From Catajapyx aquilonaris (lineage: Eukaryota), in the NCBI GenBank assembly GCA_000934665.2, contig KZ538039.1, forward strand, positions 62,001-126,000: DNA of 64,000 nucleotides, read 5' to 3'. Positions 24,701 through 39,900 of the stretch are shown here, one piece after another; within the stretch, counting starts at the first letter, position 1, and each line of letters opens with the position of its first letter. Below the pieces are notes generated by a model. The model was not told where the DNA came from. It saw only the letters and a list, made by a program, of their open reading frames with translations, and did not search any database. A program made the position numbers and the translations under genes.

Positions 24701-27700
24701 ACTTAGCTGTTCCTTTCATCAAGCATAACTCCATTTTCATCCTTGCTATATCTCAAAAATGAAAAATTCATTATAAAATCTCATTTTAAATGTTCTCTGC
24801 GATGTTTGTGTCTGGTAAACAATTTGCAGCTCATTCAAAAATTGTAATCTGAGCTACACTAATTCTCAGGACAATGAGAATTGCACACAAAGTTGTAAGC
24901 AATGAATAATGACCTTACGTAATTGATTATTATCCACAGTCGCCATATGAGGCCACTGGACAGTAAGGATCCAAATCAAATTCCTGTTTCCCTAACATGT
25001 GGGGCCTTGGCTTACATTCTTCTTGCATAACAAATTAACAAATTAATTACCTTAAGTACAATTAAAGGCATCCAGCAAAGAAGTGTACCATATGAGACAG
25101 ATACAACATGTGTACATAAAAATATTTTCTTATCCACAAATAATCAAGTACAATGTCAGTTACTGTTTAAAATGTACGAAATTCAATGACAGGATATTAA
25201 GTCATGAACTTTGTAAGATGTAAGATCCCAGGTTAAACCATCAATAAAGCATTAATTTCAATAATAAATTTCAGACACAGCCTTTGTTGGATGCACTTCT
25301 GTTCAGTATCCATCTAAGAGTATCATGGATTAAAAACTCAATGACATGTGCATGACAGTCACATACCTCTGCTTGGTGTCCCTTGTCAGAACTTTGGCTG
25401 GGTCAGTGTTCCTTATCTCACTCTCTCTCACAGCTTCTGTGAGTGTCTTAAATATGGTACTCCTTGCACTGTTGGAATAATTGGCAACCATTAGTATGAC
25501 TCAACTATTCAACCAGGGAAAGAGGGCAATACGTACACTACAACCACGACGTCCAGCATCAGGGTCGTAAATGGTATAAGAACCAGTCCTAACCAGAAGA
25601 CTGGTGAACTAAACACCATCCGGTCCATTCCAAGCATCACAGCACCAATTGGAAGAAATGGCCATACATTGCTGTGGAAGAAATATTATTATTTACAACT
25701 ACTGCAATACAAACAGAAGGCAGCTTGTGAATGTAACTCACCTATAAATGAGGAGAAATATGAACCACGCTACTATGGACCCCCAGATCGCCAGGTGGGT
25801 CATCCAGGTCCATGCATTTGTTTCCAGGCCAGCCTTCAGGCTCACCGTCGCCACCACATACTACAGCAAATTAGAGCAAAGTTACAATTTTGATGCATGT
25901 ATCTTTGAATCAGTTTCATGTTCAAGAATTCTTTTGCAAGGTGGAAGTGACTGCTTGACACTTATTACAACTCCCAATAAGATGGGTTGAGATTAACCAC
26001 ACTATGTGACAGTCAAGTGTCACATTTAAGGCTAAAGGATCACATTACGTGACACCCTGCCTTTTCTTGTGCTGTCGCACGAAGGAGCAAATCAGCTGGT
26101 TTTACAGCACTTCTTCACATGATTCATATGACTTCCAAAAGTTATGAAAAGTCACTTGTTTTCAGATAATTAATATAAAGTTATAGTACCAGATATCAAC
26201 TCTTAAAATCATCACCCACAATTTTAGCATGTGCTCACCGTGTAAACCATATTCCCAAGGACGAGGTAACCCCCTTCTCTGGCATTGCTCCAGGCCACGT
26301 CATGCTCCATAGCGAGCATGGGCAGCCAGAAGAGCAGCACGGAATGGATGAGGGAGTTTATAATCCACACCCAGAACACTTTAACATTGAAGAGCTCAGC
26401 ATTCTGGGAGGGCTTGTACAGGGCAGGGTACTTGAGCATGGTCTCTGCACTGCAAGTCCGGTCAAACAGACCCATGGCTAGGGGCGGTGCAGCAGTGAAG
26501 AACACGTTGTAGAAACCAATGGTCCACCTCTCAAAGAGAATTTGGCCAGACCAGCCAGAATAGATGGCAAACCAGAGCTCCATCACATACAAAGTAATGT
26601 TTTTGTAGAAGCTGTACAGGATTAGCTTGCACATGCGGCTGTAGTTCCAGGCGCCATGAACAAACAGCAGGCGGGATAGATACCGAAACTGCAGGAGAAG
26701 AAGGTGTGTAAGAAGCTATGCCATTTCAATCCTTAGCTCAGAGTGACATGGTATTTAATATGGCAGAATAATAGCATTAGTAGAGCTAATGCCAACCACA
26801 TGATTAAATGACAACAGTACTGTATGGCCTTCTCAATTTACAAATAATGTTTCTGATCATAAACTGAACCACTGCATCCCAAATTTAATATCGCCACCTT
26901 TGGTCAGCATGAATAAACATATAAGCAGGCTACTGCTGTCACACCAGTCAATTACAGAAAATGTTTGTGCAATGCAGCAACTACATGTATACATGTTTCA
27001 ATGGACTTAAAATGGGATTTCAGAAGAAACAGTGCACCTGGAATTTCTCTATTCACATTTTGCAAGAATGATTAGAATCTTCGAGGCCTCTATGGGCAAA
27101 AATTCCCGGATAATATTCGGCGCTTCTAAATACTAGGTTCAGTCAATCTTGCCAGGATTTTGGATGCAATGCTTCACTTACAGTTTTGTAGTTACATGCA
27201 CACAACAGCAATTTTTAATGTTGTTACACACTCATGATATTATGACTCTTTATAACTATGAAAACAAAACCTACCTGGGCAATTGAGTAATCAGATGCGC
27301 ATGATGCCTGCAAGCCCTCGACCCCAGATATTCCAACCCCAACATGAGCTTTTTGTATCATGGCTACATCATTGGCCCCATCTCCAATAGCCAATGTAAT
27401 AGACTTGGTCTGGTGCGTCACCAACTCCACAACTTCTGCCTTTTGCATGGGTGACACCCGGCAGCAGATGACTGCTTTGCAACTAATACACAAATCCAAA
27501 AAGTCCCTCCTCATATCACAGCTCAGGGCATACTTAAGAGTTTTCCCATCAATGATGAGGGCAGCTTCATTCTCCTTGCCCAACTGGTCACCAAAGTCAT
27601 GTGTGTGTCTCCCAATGGTCTCTCTGGTGGAATCCAAACTGTCCTCATTGAGGACTAGGAGAGGCATTCCTTGACTCAGCAGACGACATGAGTAACCAAT

Positions 27701-30700
27701 GTTGATTGCGGTTTCCTGCTTGTCACCAGTCAGTACCCAAACATGTATGTCAGCCTTCATGAGAGCAGCGATTGTCTCAGGAACTTCATCCTGAAGTTTG
27801 TCTTCAATTGCTGTAGCTCCCAAGAGAACTAGATTGGTTTCTATCAGGTTGGCTGCATCCTCCAGCTTGCGTTCACGGAATTGGATGGCTGTGCTTGCCT
27901 TATAATACGTGTTCTTCCATTCCTACACGAGAAGAAAGCTCTCAATCACTGGTGAGCCAGAAGTAACACAGACCTTTCTAGGTAATTTCAAAGTTATTCA
28001 GATAAATAACTGCAAACTTTAAACATACAACAATCAGTTTACCTCATAAAAGTCTGGAGAGATGTCTGCCACCGCACAACAGAGAGTCCTAAGTCCCTCT
28101 GTAGCAAAGTCCTCCAAATGCCTGAGGGTAATATCCCTATGCTGCTGGCTATCCCCTAACCTCTCATAGATCACAGTGTCAGCTCCTTTGCAATACAGCT
28201 TTATCTTGCCCTGAGGGGTACGCACCACTACTGACATCCTCTTTCGGGTGCTGGTGAACTCAAGTACATTCAGTATCTCGTACTTCTCCTGTTTCCCCAG
28301 TGCATCTATCACCACGGACTCCGGGGTACGTGTCAAAAAGACATATCCATACCTTGCAGCACCATGTACAAGAGCCCTCTCATCTTGAATGACAGAAAGG
28401 GAAGAAAATATGTCAGTCAACCATAAAGACAAAATAACTGAAAATTCCTTTCCTCTAGACGCCTCCAGTCTAGAATCCAAAAAAGCATGTCTCACTCACC
28501 TGGAGAGGCAGCATGGTAAGTGATTTCCCCGTCTAAACCTCCCTCACCCGTCTCTGGGATAACAGTGTGGCAAACAGACATCAGGGTGAGAAACTCTCTG
28601 AGGAGTGGAGCAGTAGGATGGTTCCCTTTCAAGTTCTAAAATATAAAATTGGTATTTATAAACTGGTCTTACATATTTCCAAATCAGATTTGGTTCTTGT
28701 TACCTTTACAAGATCTAATGCATGTGGCTGGAGGTCTGTGAGTGTATATTTAATTCCTCCGACAGTGGAGCTTTTAAACTCCATTATGTTTCGAGTTAAT
28801 GTTCCTGTTTTGTCCGAAAACACATACTTAATCTGAAACAAGGAATTCTTATTGCAGTCTACAACATTTGCACTGTACTGTACCTCAATTATTATACAAT
28901 AGAGTGACTGACCTGCCCTAATTCCTCATTTAAATTTGATGTCCTAGCCATGGCAGGTGTATCTGACTCTTCATGATACATTTCTATATCCATGTTAATA
29001 AATATAGCCTGCCAAGAACACAAATTGTAATCAGTGGCTGCTTCAATATTTAATAACTCTGCACCTTACCTGCACAAACCTAACTACTTCAAGGGTAACT
29101 TGAAGTGAAATGGGAATGAGGTTGTTATAGAGGATGATGAATGTCAGGAGGTTGTAGCCAAAATTTGCACTGGCCAGTTCTGAAATTGGAAAAAAAAAAA
29201 TGGTGATCAATTCCTACAAGGTGATATTCATAATTGTAGCAAGACTTTAATGTCCTTGACTTTTTCCCTTAAAATGATTAAAGTATATTTAGTAAGTTAA
29301 AATTGCTTTTGGAATGGTCTGTGTGGGAGAAAAAGTACAACAGGTTGGAGTGATTGTAGAAAAACACTGTTTAAACTGCAGCTAGAATTGGTACCACACT
29401 TATCGATACCCAGTCATTATGAAACCTGGCCCATAATTTTCCAATTGGAGTTGGGTACTCCCTGGGTGTACATTTCATTGGTTACTAAATTTCTGGCTAG
29501 TTGAAGCAAGGCTCCTTAACATTTTCATAATTCATTGTGCAATATGCCATGAGACTTAAATTTGTTTGGGTGTGGCTGCTCCTCAAAATTTGAGAAATGG
29601 TGTCTACTTCTTTCACATCAAATTTTCGTTGTATGGTGAGTTGGTTTCTTTCGAGAATCTGAGTTTTAGCAAGAATATGCAGATTTATTATGTATTTCTT
29701 GGCATTCATTGTTATGAGCCTAAAGTCCAAAGCAGATTGCACTAAAAGGCTCATTGCTCATTCAGACTAAAAATATGCTCATTAAAATGCTGCGCCCACA
29801 ATGTTTTCTCCATAAGCATACATATGCATCTTCATCTGCATATGTATTCACATTAATGAATATTAAGCCAGGTATGCCAAGAATTTCAGAATGAACAACA
29901 AGCTAAACTGAAAAACCTGAATGGTTTCTTAGGGAAGGAAGCAATGGAACAAATGGAAAATACTGCAAGGCAGGGACAATCACAAAGTGGTCTTACCATC
30001 CAAGCCCAAGTACCAGTCAACTGAAATGTGTGACTTGGTCCAAAACTCATTGCACAAAGCGCTGATCAGACACAACACAATTAGAATGAAGAAAAGGAGG
30101 AGGATCTGAGTGTTGGTAAGCTTGTCCACAGTTGACCGCTTCAGTGGGGCAGAGGTAGAATTTTTCATCAGTTTGGTTTCATGGCCTGTGTAGATCACAA
30201 CACCAAAGATCCAGCTGGTGTTCCTCAATTTGGATCCACGCAACAAAATTTGGTCTGGACCCAGCGGAAGTGCACTAGAAAAGACACCAACAATATAAGG
30301 CTGCAGTCCAAGGAAATTTAAATTAAAGGGAAACTTACTGTTTTCCAGTCTCTCTGAGGTTTCCAGCAAACTCGTACAAGTGTCTGTTTGGTGGCTCACA
30401 CTCTATGGTGCCACTGAATTGACTCAAATCTTTGGTTTCCATCAGTTTGGCAGTTCTAGGTAAGCCTTGACGGATCTTCAAGTTGGTCTCCCCATCCAGA
30501 TTGGCTGTTTCCTTGTAACATATTGACTGTGGCTCACTGAAAACCATAAAAATGCAATAAGTCTCAGGGCTTGATGTGACATTCGAGTCTACATACCTTG
30601 ACGACAGGAAGACTAGGTCGGCTGGGAAGAAGTTGTCATTATGGACCTTGACTATATCACCCACCACCACCTTCATCCATTTCACCCACTGCCAGTGACC

Positions 30701-31224
30701 ATCTCTCAAAACTTCTATCTCCCTGTGATTTATCTCACCATCTGCTCTATGTCTTTTCTGGAAATGTATAAATCCATGAGTCCAACACGGCAATACACCA
30801 ATAAAAATTCCACGTATGACCCCCAAAAAATTCATTCTTACAATGTCTTCCACTGTCTCCTTGAGGGCTGACACAGAGAGAATAAATATAAGAGGCACCA
30901 GGGTAGTGTAGCGCCCAGTTGGAGAAACATCAGGTATTTGCTGGAAATCAAGTGCCATGTCAGAAAATTCATAGTTACAACACCATAAAGCCCTAGTTTT
31001 AGAGTTACTCACCTGCAGAAGGGCAATGAAGAGGAAGAAGCAATTGGAGTACCTACGAAACTGCTCGAATAAAAAACAGGGAATGAACGAGATGAGGTTG
31101 TACTTTGCAGTGGATATTCGGTTGGTGCAATACTTCTGCGGCTGGGGGTGATTGATGAAGATGACACGATGCTCCATGACATCCGGCATTTCTGTGACAC
31201 CGGATGTGTGGTCATCATCTTCTT
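21746..31224 (-). CDS. ATP8A: ATP8A1/ATP8A2-family P4-ATPase (PS flippase), conserved 'copy C'; shared 17-exon body, N-terminus supplied by upstream first exons
   Basis: Exons 31224-31013 ... 25468-25367, 23207-23119, 21843-21746 splice in frame. Canonical motifs: [64 protein letters not shown], and the ATP8A tail [32 protein letters not shown]. The first body exon opens with a phase-1 acceptor (ttgcag|AA GAA GAT). Confidence 0.93.
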
Positions 31225-32508
31225 CTGCAAGGAAATATTTAAAATCAGCATGTTTCAAATACAACATCTTTGGCAACACTAGATTTAAGTGGTGACATAT
31301 AAGGTGGTGACATATATTTACAGTTCTCTCTGCACAGTGTTTTTAATAAGGACCCAGCAGAGATTATGTGTGAATTTAGTATTCTGTCCAGCTGTTGCCA
31401 TAAAAATGTGCTTCCTCACTTGAGTGATTGTCATGTCACATAAACCAGATTTGATACTCCTGCCTGCATGCCTGACCCTATCTCTTTAGCACGAAAAAAA
31501 AAAGTGGCACACATAATTTCGCGCATAACCACTGTCAGTGGACTGCCAGTGATAGTTTCCCAACTTTTATTCATCCACTGTGAGACTTGAATTACTGTAA
31601 GCCTAGTACAGTAAAACTTGTCCACACAACAAACACTGGGTACTGCTGAAACTTGTCCATTATGGAACTTTTGTTTGGTTTTCAGCACAGGAATTTCAAT
31701 GCACTTCCGTCACACATAATGAAAACCTGTTCACTCTACATATATTTTTCAGGACATACACTGTAGACATCCTGTAATATTTGAACACTGTGCTGCAGTA
31801 TTGATAACTAGTAATGGAGTAACATGAAGTGGCATACAGGCTACTACAGTGAAACCACTCCACTTTAACAATTGCTTGAATAATACACTGAGAATCATTA
31901 CTCTGACATTTTGGATGCTTATTGCCTTATCACAACTGGACCACTTTCCAATGTTTATTATAGCAAGTTGATCACTTTTCAAATTTTAATAGGCCACAAG
32001 TGTCCTGCTTCACATATTCACTGTCCAGCAGCTCTTGCACTGATGTACAGTAGCCTACACTTATTTTACATTTATGATACACATTTTCGAGTTTCCCTCA
32101 AAATGAATACGAGGCCACAAGCCCTTAATAATTAAAATTGTCAGTTAAATTGTCAATATTGTTGGCAGTCGAGTGTTTCCCTTTGTGACGTCAGTAGTAT
32201 TCTAAGGCTGCATACATTATACATGTTGTAAACTCCCCAAAGCAGACGTGAAACTTTCTGCATTCAAAAGTCAGCTCAATAAACTATTCATATCCTGTCC
32301 CTTTTTGGGAGCGGATGTTGAGGAAGGAACCGAACCAGACAGGCCATTATACAGCTCGCCTGTCCCCAAAATGGGGTCCTCCTGTCCACACATTTGGCAC
32401 AGCTTCCTGACCCGATAAGCAATCGAATCCCCTCCCCAACGAGCGATGTTACTGCGTCGTTATCGGGGCGCACAGGTGCTACTACCATCCCATATGGTCC
32501 CAACTTAC

Positions 32509-32593
32509 TTCCCAACCTCCTGAGGACATTCCTCTTGAAGAGGATCAGGTTGGCCAGGAACGCCGGTTTGGGTCTGTCCATGGTTAGAGCCAT
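32509..32593 (-). CDS. Candidate alternative first coding exon of copy C (MALTMDRPKPAFLANLILFKRNVLRRLG)
   Basis: ATG to a consensus donor GAA|gtaagt is 85 nt (28 codons +1), phase 1, compatible with the 31224 acceptor; lies in a GC-richer island (~32300-33050). Confidence 0.65.
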
Positions 32594-35500
32594 CCGGACC
32601 TAACCCCAACGCCCAATTTCCGAAACAGCTGCGACGTCCCACTCGGACAAAACGACCACCTGTCCGAAACGTCACGACATGTCCAGTTTCTCCCCCCTGG
32701 ACAAGACCTGAACCACTTAAGTCTCCGGGCAACAAGTGTGGAATCAAAAATTGGTTATCGGATGTCTACCGATATGTAAGGAGCACACACTCGCACGTAC
32801 ACACTCGATCGGACTGCTGGAACGCACAAGCGCACTGGTCCCACTCCAGCCCAGAGCAGGCGCAGCATCTTCCGCTCCAGGATCCCCCTAGCAGACTGGG
32901 GAGGTCGGGGATATTTTTCCAGAAAAACCCTTCTCCTAATCCGAAGCGTCACTACTACGACGCCCTGGGACGTGGTTGACCTGGCGACGCTGCTCCCGAA
33001 ACATCGATCCTTTTGCCACCTACCCCACCAGCTACTAGCACATGCATAATGTGCAGCTAGACTGATCAACACAGATAAAAGTTGGCAGGGGTGTGTGTGC
33101 GTACAGTTGGCAGGGGTGGGGAATATATTGGGTGCAAGAGTCTTACGCAAGCCTGGTCACGGACGTGCTCATTCACAGCTGGGGTGAATGATACAGTCGG
33201 CAATTACTGGGTAATGAGTCTACGTCGCCTTTTATATGTCACTTATTGCGCCGCCCTTATTATTAACGCGTTTTTTTTTTTTACCGAAGTCACATTTGGC
33301 AAACGACTCATATTTGGCCATGACACTCATATCTGCAAGGTCAACTTGACAAGTACTACATTTATCTATTAGGAAATCAACGCTATACAACCATCAGCAC
33401 CATTACTACATTTCCCCCCACTGTTGTTGAAATATGTGTATATCGGAGTGAACATATTCCGTTAAATAAATAAATTACACATTCTCCCTCCACGACCAAA
33501 AATTCCGCAGAGTGCCAACTTTGAATGTATAGTCTACACTCCTATAGCAAATTCATGGATGCAATCCAAAATTTAATCGTGGATATGCCAACCTGTGTGT
33601 ACACTACAGTTGCCGGCCAATTATCGTCCAAAAAGCAAAAAGGTTGCCCACTCCATCGTGGGTGCCGCCACTGTAGCAGCTTGAAAGCCCACCTCAGAGA
33701 TCAAATGAATTTAGAGTGGCTGTGAGTGGTTCGTAATATCATATGCCTCCGTTGTCATGGCAAGAAGAAGAAGAAAAAGCATTTCTCGCCATACAAAATG
33801 TCGCGGGGGTGTCCTAACTATAGCTCAGGATGTAAATAGAAAAATGGCATGAGACGCCCCCGTGTGGTCGTCATGACTACAGATCTCTTGGCAGTCATGG
33901 GAACACGACAAAAATATTATACGAAAAAAAAAAAAACTCGTACGAGCTGACTTCAATATGATGAGTTCCTACAAAACTCCGACTTTCAGCTTTCAGTATG
34001 GTGTCTGACTAGGGGCAGCTCCGTGGGTAATTGATCGATACTGGGGAAGGGATATCCGGGCGGTTGGCTGGTTGGCTGGGCGGGCTCACAAATGGCCAAG
34101 CCCCGGCTAGAGAGAGAGAGAGAGATAGATGATGAAAAAGGGTGCCCTGATTTTCGTTTGGGTGGGGCCCACTCTTGTCCTGACACCCTACTAAAAAAGT
34201 TGCCAAAAAAAAAAAAAACATAGCCATCGCCCAGTACTCATTATGGGAATTATTGGCCCCTCCCATCATAAACGGGCTTTAAAAAAATTCGGTCTTAATG
34301 AAATGCGCAGTGGATTTAATCTGGCCCGGACGTTAAATGTTTAATTTCTTGCTCAGCACAGTTTACACACAAAAAAGGAGGAAAATCATGACCTTCTGCA
34401 GTATACATGGCCTGTATCAGAAGAACCCAACATGGTTTACGCCCACCTTTCTCCGCCGCACTGGAATGAAATACCATCCCCCCGAGGATGTTATTTCATA
34501 ATGTAATAATTCATGACCTGATAGCAGGTCATAATTAGCGCATGCAATAGAGACTAAGGCCACACCTCTATGCTGAATCAACAGACAAATCAAGGCACTA
34601 ATTTCCCATTAGGCTATTTTATCAAACATCAGTAACCACACGCCCATTTGGTTTTTATTCAGTTCTGAAATTCTCTAATATTAGAGCACGCGGAAATTGG
34701 CCCATATGTAGTCTATTTTTTGCAGTCAGCTGGCTGATGCTGTACTGTAACACGCAAGTACATTGTCAACGCAGATGGTAAACAATACTCGCAGCTGGCT
34801 GCCACATGAGGAAAAAAATGTATATCAAACCTGTACATTTAATGACATTCCACATTAAGCTACGCAGCGGTTTCCAACATGTAGTGGTATACCCTTAGGG
34901 GTAAGCTTTGGCGTGAAAATTGATGAATTGAACCAGTGAGCTGCTCCTTGTTCATTGTAAATCACCCAGCTGGTCGTTTATGAATGAGCCCACAGATTTG
35001 TCCTAATAGTCGTATTTGCTGGGGTAAGCTCTATGTCACCGGATTGGGATCAATCCGTGACAATCTCGCCATTTTTATTTGCGACATAACGCAAGCTTAT
35101 GAGGCTATTTTAAATCCACAGTTCAGTTAACTGGGGATAAGGTGTTATCTATGTAATTCCTCAACCCAGTACATGTTCCCGATAGCTTGACATGTTTGCC
35201 ATTGTCATTCCCTCTGGGAAAATCTATTCCTTTTATTTACACGCCGTTCTTTTTGTGACCAACTACTCGGAAAAACAGGTGATCCGGCCTCTACCCAGCT
35301 GAGGATGGCCCCAAGACATAAAACTTATCCATCAACAGTTTGGAAAATCTATCCTATACTACGCCTTCAATTTTTGTCATTTTCTCAATGTATCCGATTC
35401 CGAGCAGACATGCCAAACTTCTAATAGGATTACAACCTTCTGGTTGAAAAGTTATCGAGCAAGAAGTGGCGAAAAGTGAGGAGTTACTGACAAGGTGAAC

Positions 35501-36972
35501 ATATAGCGTTATATTGGTTAACTCTTGCTGTAAAAATTGACGGAAAGGCACAGGCAATATGGCTTTCTCGGAACTCAACTTACACTGTGCATTTATTAAT
35601 CATGTATACTGTAGGTGGTAATGGCTTTGTCGATACTGTCAAAATACATGGGTCCCTTGCATTAATCTGAAAATACATCTGAACCTTGAGGCATTGGATA
35701 ACATCAAAATTGATTTCGACTGCTCCGTCATTCCTGACACCTACACGCTGGCACTGTGGGCACTGTAAGCAACAAAACTCAGGAATTGCATTACGGAATC
35801 ACATGCAGCATACCAGCCTATTTGATAGACGTAGTTCGTGATGATTAGACCACTGAAAACAATTAGTGTTCCCAATGTCAATGATGACATACGTTCATGA
35901 AAGGGCCGCCGGGTGCCGCAATGTTGTCCCACTCTCCTGTGACGAAACGGTACTCAACACACGCACAAAAACTCTCATAATTCTACGTATATATCCTTTG
36001 GCTATACAACTGTCCGCAGTGTCGACAAATTTGACAGCGCAGTCCATTATCGAAGTTTTATTGTGGGGGAAAAAATGCAGGAGATATGAATTCTGCAATG
36101 CAATGCCTGCCCTTTCGCAGCATTAAATGAGCTATAGTCCTTTCATATTCACATTTTAATCATACATGATCCCCAGCTACGCCGCAAAAAAAAAGTCAGA
36201 GGGGCAAGTTTGGTGGTGGGCCACTAGTCCACTCCAGCATGCAACTTCACCTGAATAAAGGTAACCCGATTAAAGTTATTTTCAAACGAGCCCTTTCAGC
36301 ACCATGAAACTCCCAGTTCAACCAAAAGGCATTAAAGTTAACTTTTATGATTTTTGGTTGGTTAAACTTGCGGTAACATAGTGCGCATTATATCGGACCG
36401 CCAATGTTGGAAAAGCCTCAGTAATTTTGACGGGTAAGTAATATGAATACAGTTACTGTACATATTGTTATTAATTGGACACCTTTCAACCTGCCTCGTT
36501 CATAACAACATGAAAAATCCGACTATTCCTAGCGCCTTATTTTTCCTCCCCATATTTCTATGCCCCATGATAAAATTATCTCTTGTAGGGACTTCCCAGC
36601 AACATTTTGATAACACTGACTATAGGTAGCGTTGGAGGAAACAGGAAATTCGGTTACAGTGTTTCCGCCAACTCCACTTTGAAGGGTAATCGTGGTGTAG
36701 AGCAGCCTAAATCTGGGACCTACGACCAACTGGGCTCAAAATGAAACTCCAAACCGAGCTCATCCTTTGGGTCTTGTGTGCAGTTCCACGTCTTCTTCTT
36801 TTCTTTTTTCCAGAATCATCCGTATTATTTACCAAAGCGTTAAAGGAGTGGGCTTCCTTTCTCGGGAGGAGCAACCGAGCCGGGATTAAATCTGGAGGCA
36901 GAATTCCGAAAAGACTCCAGCACCAATCCAGCATCCAAGTAATGAACCCACCCCCGGGGACTCTGAGCTTAC

Positions 36973-36997
36973 CACGGGGGATCATCGGATTTTTCAT
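36973..36997 (-). CDS. Candidate alternative first coding exon of copy C (MKNPMIPR)
   Basis: ATG to donor GTG|gtaagc is 25 nt, phase 1; in-frame stop upstream. Short, so chance cannot be excluded. Confidence 0.4.
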
Positions 36998-39900
36998 CTC
37001 GTACCAGCAGATCCAATAAGTTCAACTCAAACCGGCTTCCTTCCTGCCTCTTCTGCAATTTCTAACCATTCATCTCTCACCTTCACCAGTTTTTCCCTCC
37101 TTTTCAAAAAAACTCTGAGAAAAATAAAATTCCGGCCAAGAACACGAAGAACCAGCTCTGATTGCAGATATTGACAATGGTATACCCTGAGTCAAATAAA
37201 TATTGCGCGATGAAGGAACTGTCAGACGTATATGATGACCTTTAAGGTCGACATGGGCATTTATTCTCGTATATTACAAGGCAGGTGCCTTAATGGCAAA
37301 CTCCGACGTGGGTTGACGGCGTCAATTTCCGCCAGGTATAACGTTACACGACAGCCTGCCGTGAACCCTAAGTGTCTTCTAGAGAAACGTGCCATCTCTT
37401 ACAACCGACGGAAACACTGGAAAGCACGGATAAGTGTCAGGTAAAACATCGACTCACTGCTTCCCGTCTTCTCAAATATTGACACGGCAGATGGTTTTTT
37501 CAGTTTTAATACAACGATGGATCAGCCAGTAAAAATGAATGTCACAATAGACTTTAAAATCCAGATAAGCTGAAACAGCGCAGTTTCTCGATTTTAAAAA
37601 TGCGATGATACTTCATCACATTCCCCCGATTATCCGAAAGCAGATATCTGGTACCAAGTGTCGACATACCAGAGTGCTTCTGAGAAATAACCATCAAATT
37701 AGCCATTATGGGTTAGTATAGCATGCCTATAGCAAGTCGCCAGATGGCAGCAATCAGCGCCTGCTTGGGGAAAAAAACCAATCACATGCTTCATTATTTC
37801 CAACCTAGAGGCCACGATCAGTGCAGATGAGATTGTTCAGATTGGCTGCTTTCAGACAATAGATCATCTAATCCAGCAAAGTCTAAATTCAGACTGGTAT
37901 AGAAGGCGATAGAGAACTGCCTGTACTATGACGTCTGGCGAAAATATCACGTCCGCATCAGGGCTAATCAGTTTAACACGACCCTATACGTGCCCTACAC
38001 ATTTCGTGTAAAATACTGCAGAGCGAGGCACATGTCAACCCCCTTGGGTTTAGTGCGGCATGCAAGGAAGTACGGTATCTGTACGTGCATTTGTAGCATG
38101 CAGAATAAGGTAAAATAAACTGGCACATCATGCCTGTACCACTACGCATTTCCTCTAAAACATCTGATGCAGGCAAACAGGGTCGATAATGAGCGATGCT
38201 ATGGCAATAACTGTTTGTCAGATGCAATCTATATTAATGTGAAACTGTTATGATAAGGTCTCCACCGATGCATTACTACAGTATTTCCGTACGAGAAAGT
38301 CAATCACTGTTGCAGTGCACAATACCCAGAATGACAAAGTGATGGAGAAACCTCAAAACTGACTTCGATGAATCGAAGAAAGTTTCGTTTTAAGTCAACC
38401 TGCCCAACATACTCTAAAAAGGAGAGTACAAAAAGCAAGTTGAACAATACGTGCATTGTCTCCATCACACTGATATAACTTGAGATGAATTTTTTTGATG
38501 ATGTGTATATCGTATTTGTTTTCAGCTAAATGCACTGGCTTAGATATAAGTACGCCGTTAACTACACGATTCTGTAAATATCGGCCTCTCTGTGGAACAT
38601 TTCCACGGCTCAGGCTACTGCTGTTTAAAAGGATTTCGCCTAGAATTATAAACAAGGAGCAGTTTTCTGTGCAGTGTGCATATCCTATGCATTATAAAGT
38701 ACAACTCTTTCAGAGGCACATCAAAGAGAAAACCGACTTGTAGGCTATACCATGCCGCTGCACTGCCCAGGCCCCCAGGTCATGAGAAGGGAAAGGGAAA
38801 AAGTTATCAATTATTATTTACCCTGCAGCAAGTGTTTAAAGAACAGTTCAGCCAGGGTCTTCAGTTGAAGGGTTTGCGATTATCATTAAACTGATTGTGG
38901 TAAACAACCCATGACTACCACGGTTTCCTCTTGAACTGAGGATTTGGGAAATCCCCCACCGCACCGGTATCTCCAAAAGATTTTTAAAATAAAAACCACT
39001 ATCCACTACCGTACTGGTGCGGGCTCCATATTTTGTGTGACGTACTAATTACCATTATCATAATGCAACTAGTTTCATGTACGCTTTAAATTCGGACCAC
39101 GTTCAGTAGCTTTGCATTGCACAGTAGCGCTTGTCATACACACTTACACGTTTATAAAACATGTATAACTTTGTTTGCCCTTTAGCTCACCGAAGCCTGA
39201 CCATACGTTAATCTCACATAACCTGTTAAGTGCACAGCTTACAGTACATTAATGATTAATACGTCACAACGTAACAGTTTTACATGTGTCGATCAAAATA
39301 GCCAAAAGAACAATATAAAATATGTACAGAAACGAATAATCATAGCCCCGCGCACTTATCGTAATAAAAAAATTATTGAACGCTCTTCGTTAAAAGCACT
39401 TTAAAAAAAGGTCGTAAAATATAAGAAGTCAATAAACGAAGGACTTCTGAAGTCATCAAAAAATACAGCTCGTATGGATCCAGCTTTTTAAAATGACTTA
39501 CCCCCAAGTCTGATTTATCGGTCTTTCAAAGTGGCAGACTTTTTGGACCAGTGCACTTCTTTTCGACTCCATTACAGAGATAAGCGCACGGCAATTTTGG
39601 TTTGGACATATATGTGAGTAACATGAACCATCCTATCGGTAACTCCATCTTCCAAGTACACAATATTGCTATGTGGGTCTCCTGACGCACAGGATATTCT
39701 TTATCATAGCATAACAATAATTAAAATGCCATGATCTCCACAATAGAACCGAAATGAACTAGAATAATTTCATATTTAAAAAAAGGGAATACCCATCAGA
39801 TCCCAGAGAGTGCACACATTTGCACTATATCCTGCCCATGCAATCAGATCCCTTGTATTATTTATTAGCTCTATGCAAGGGATCCGATATTAATACGCCC

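Noticed and set aside
8226..30871. Many plus-strand ORFs overlapping the flippases (e.g. 9080-9373, 14449-14688, 27360-27674)
   Set aside because: Antisense to conserved exons; their mutual similarity simply mirrors the paralogy.
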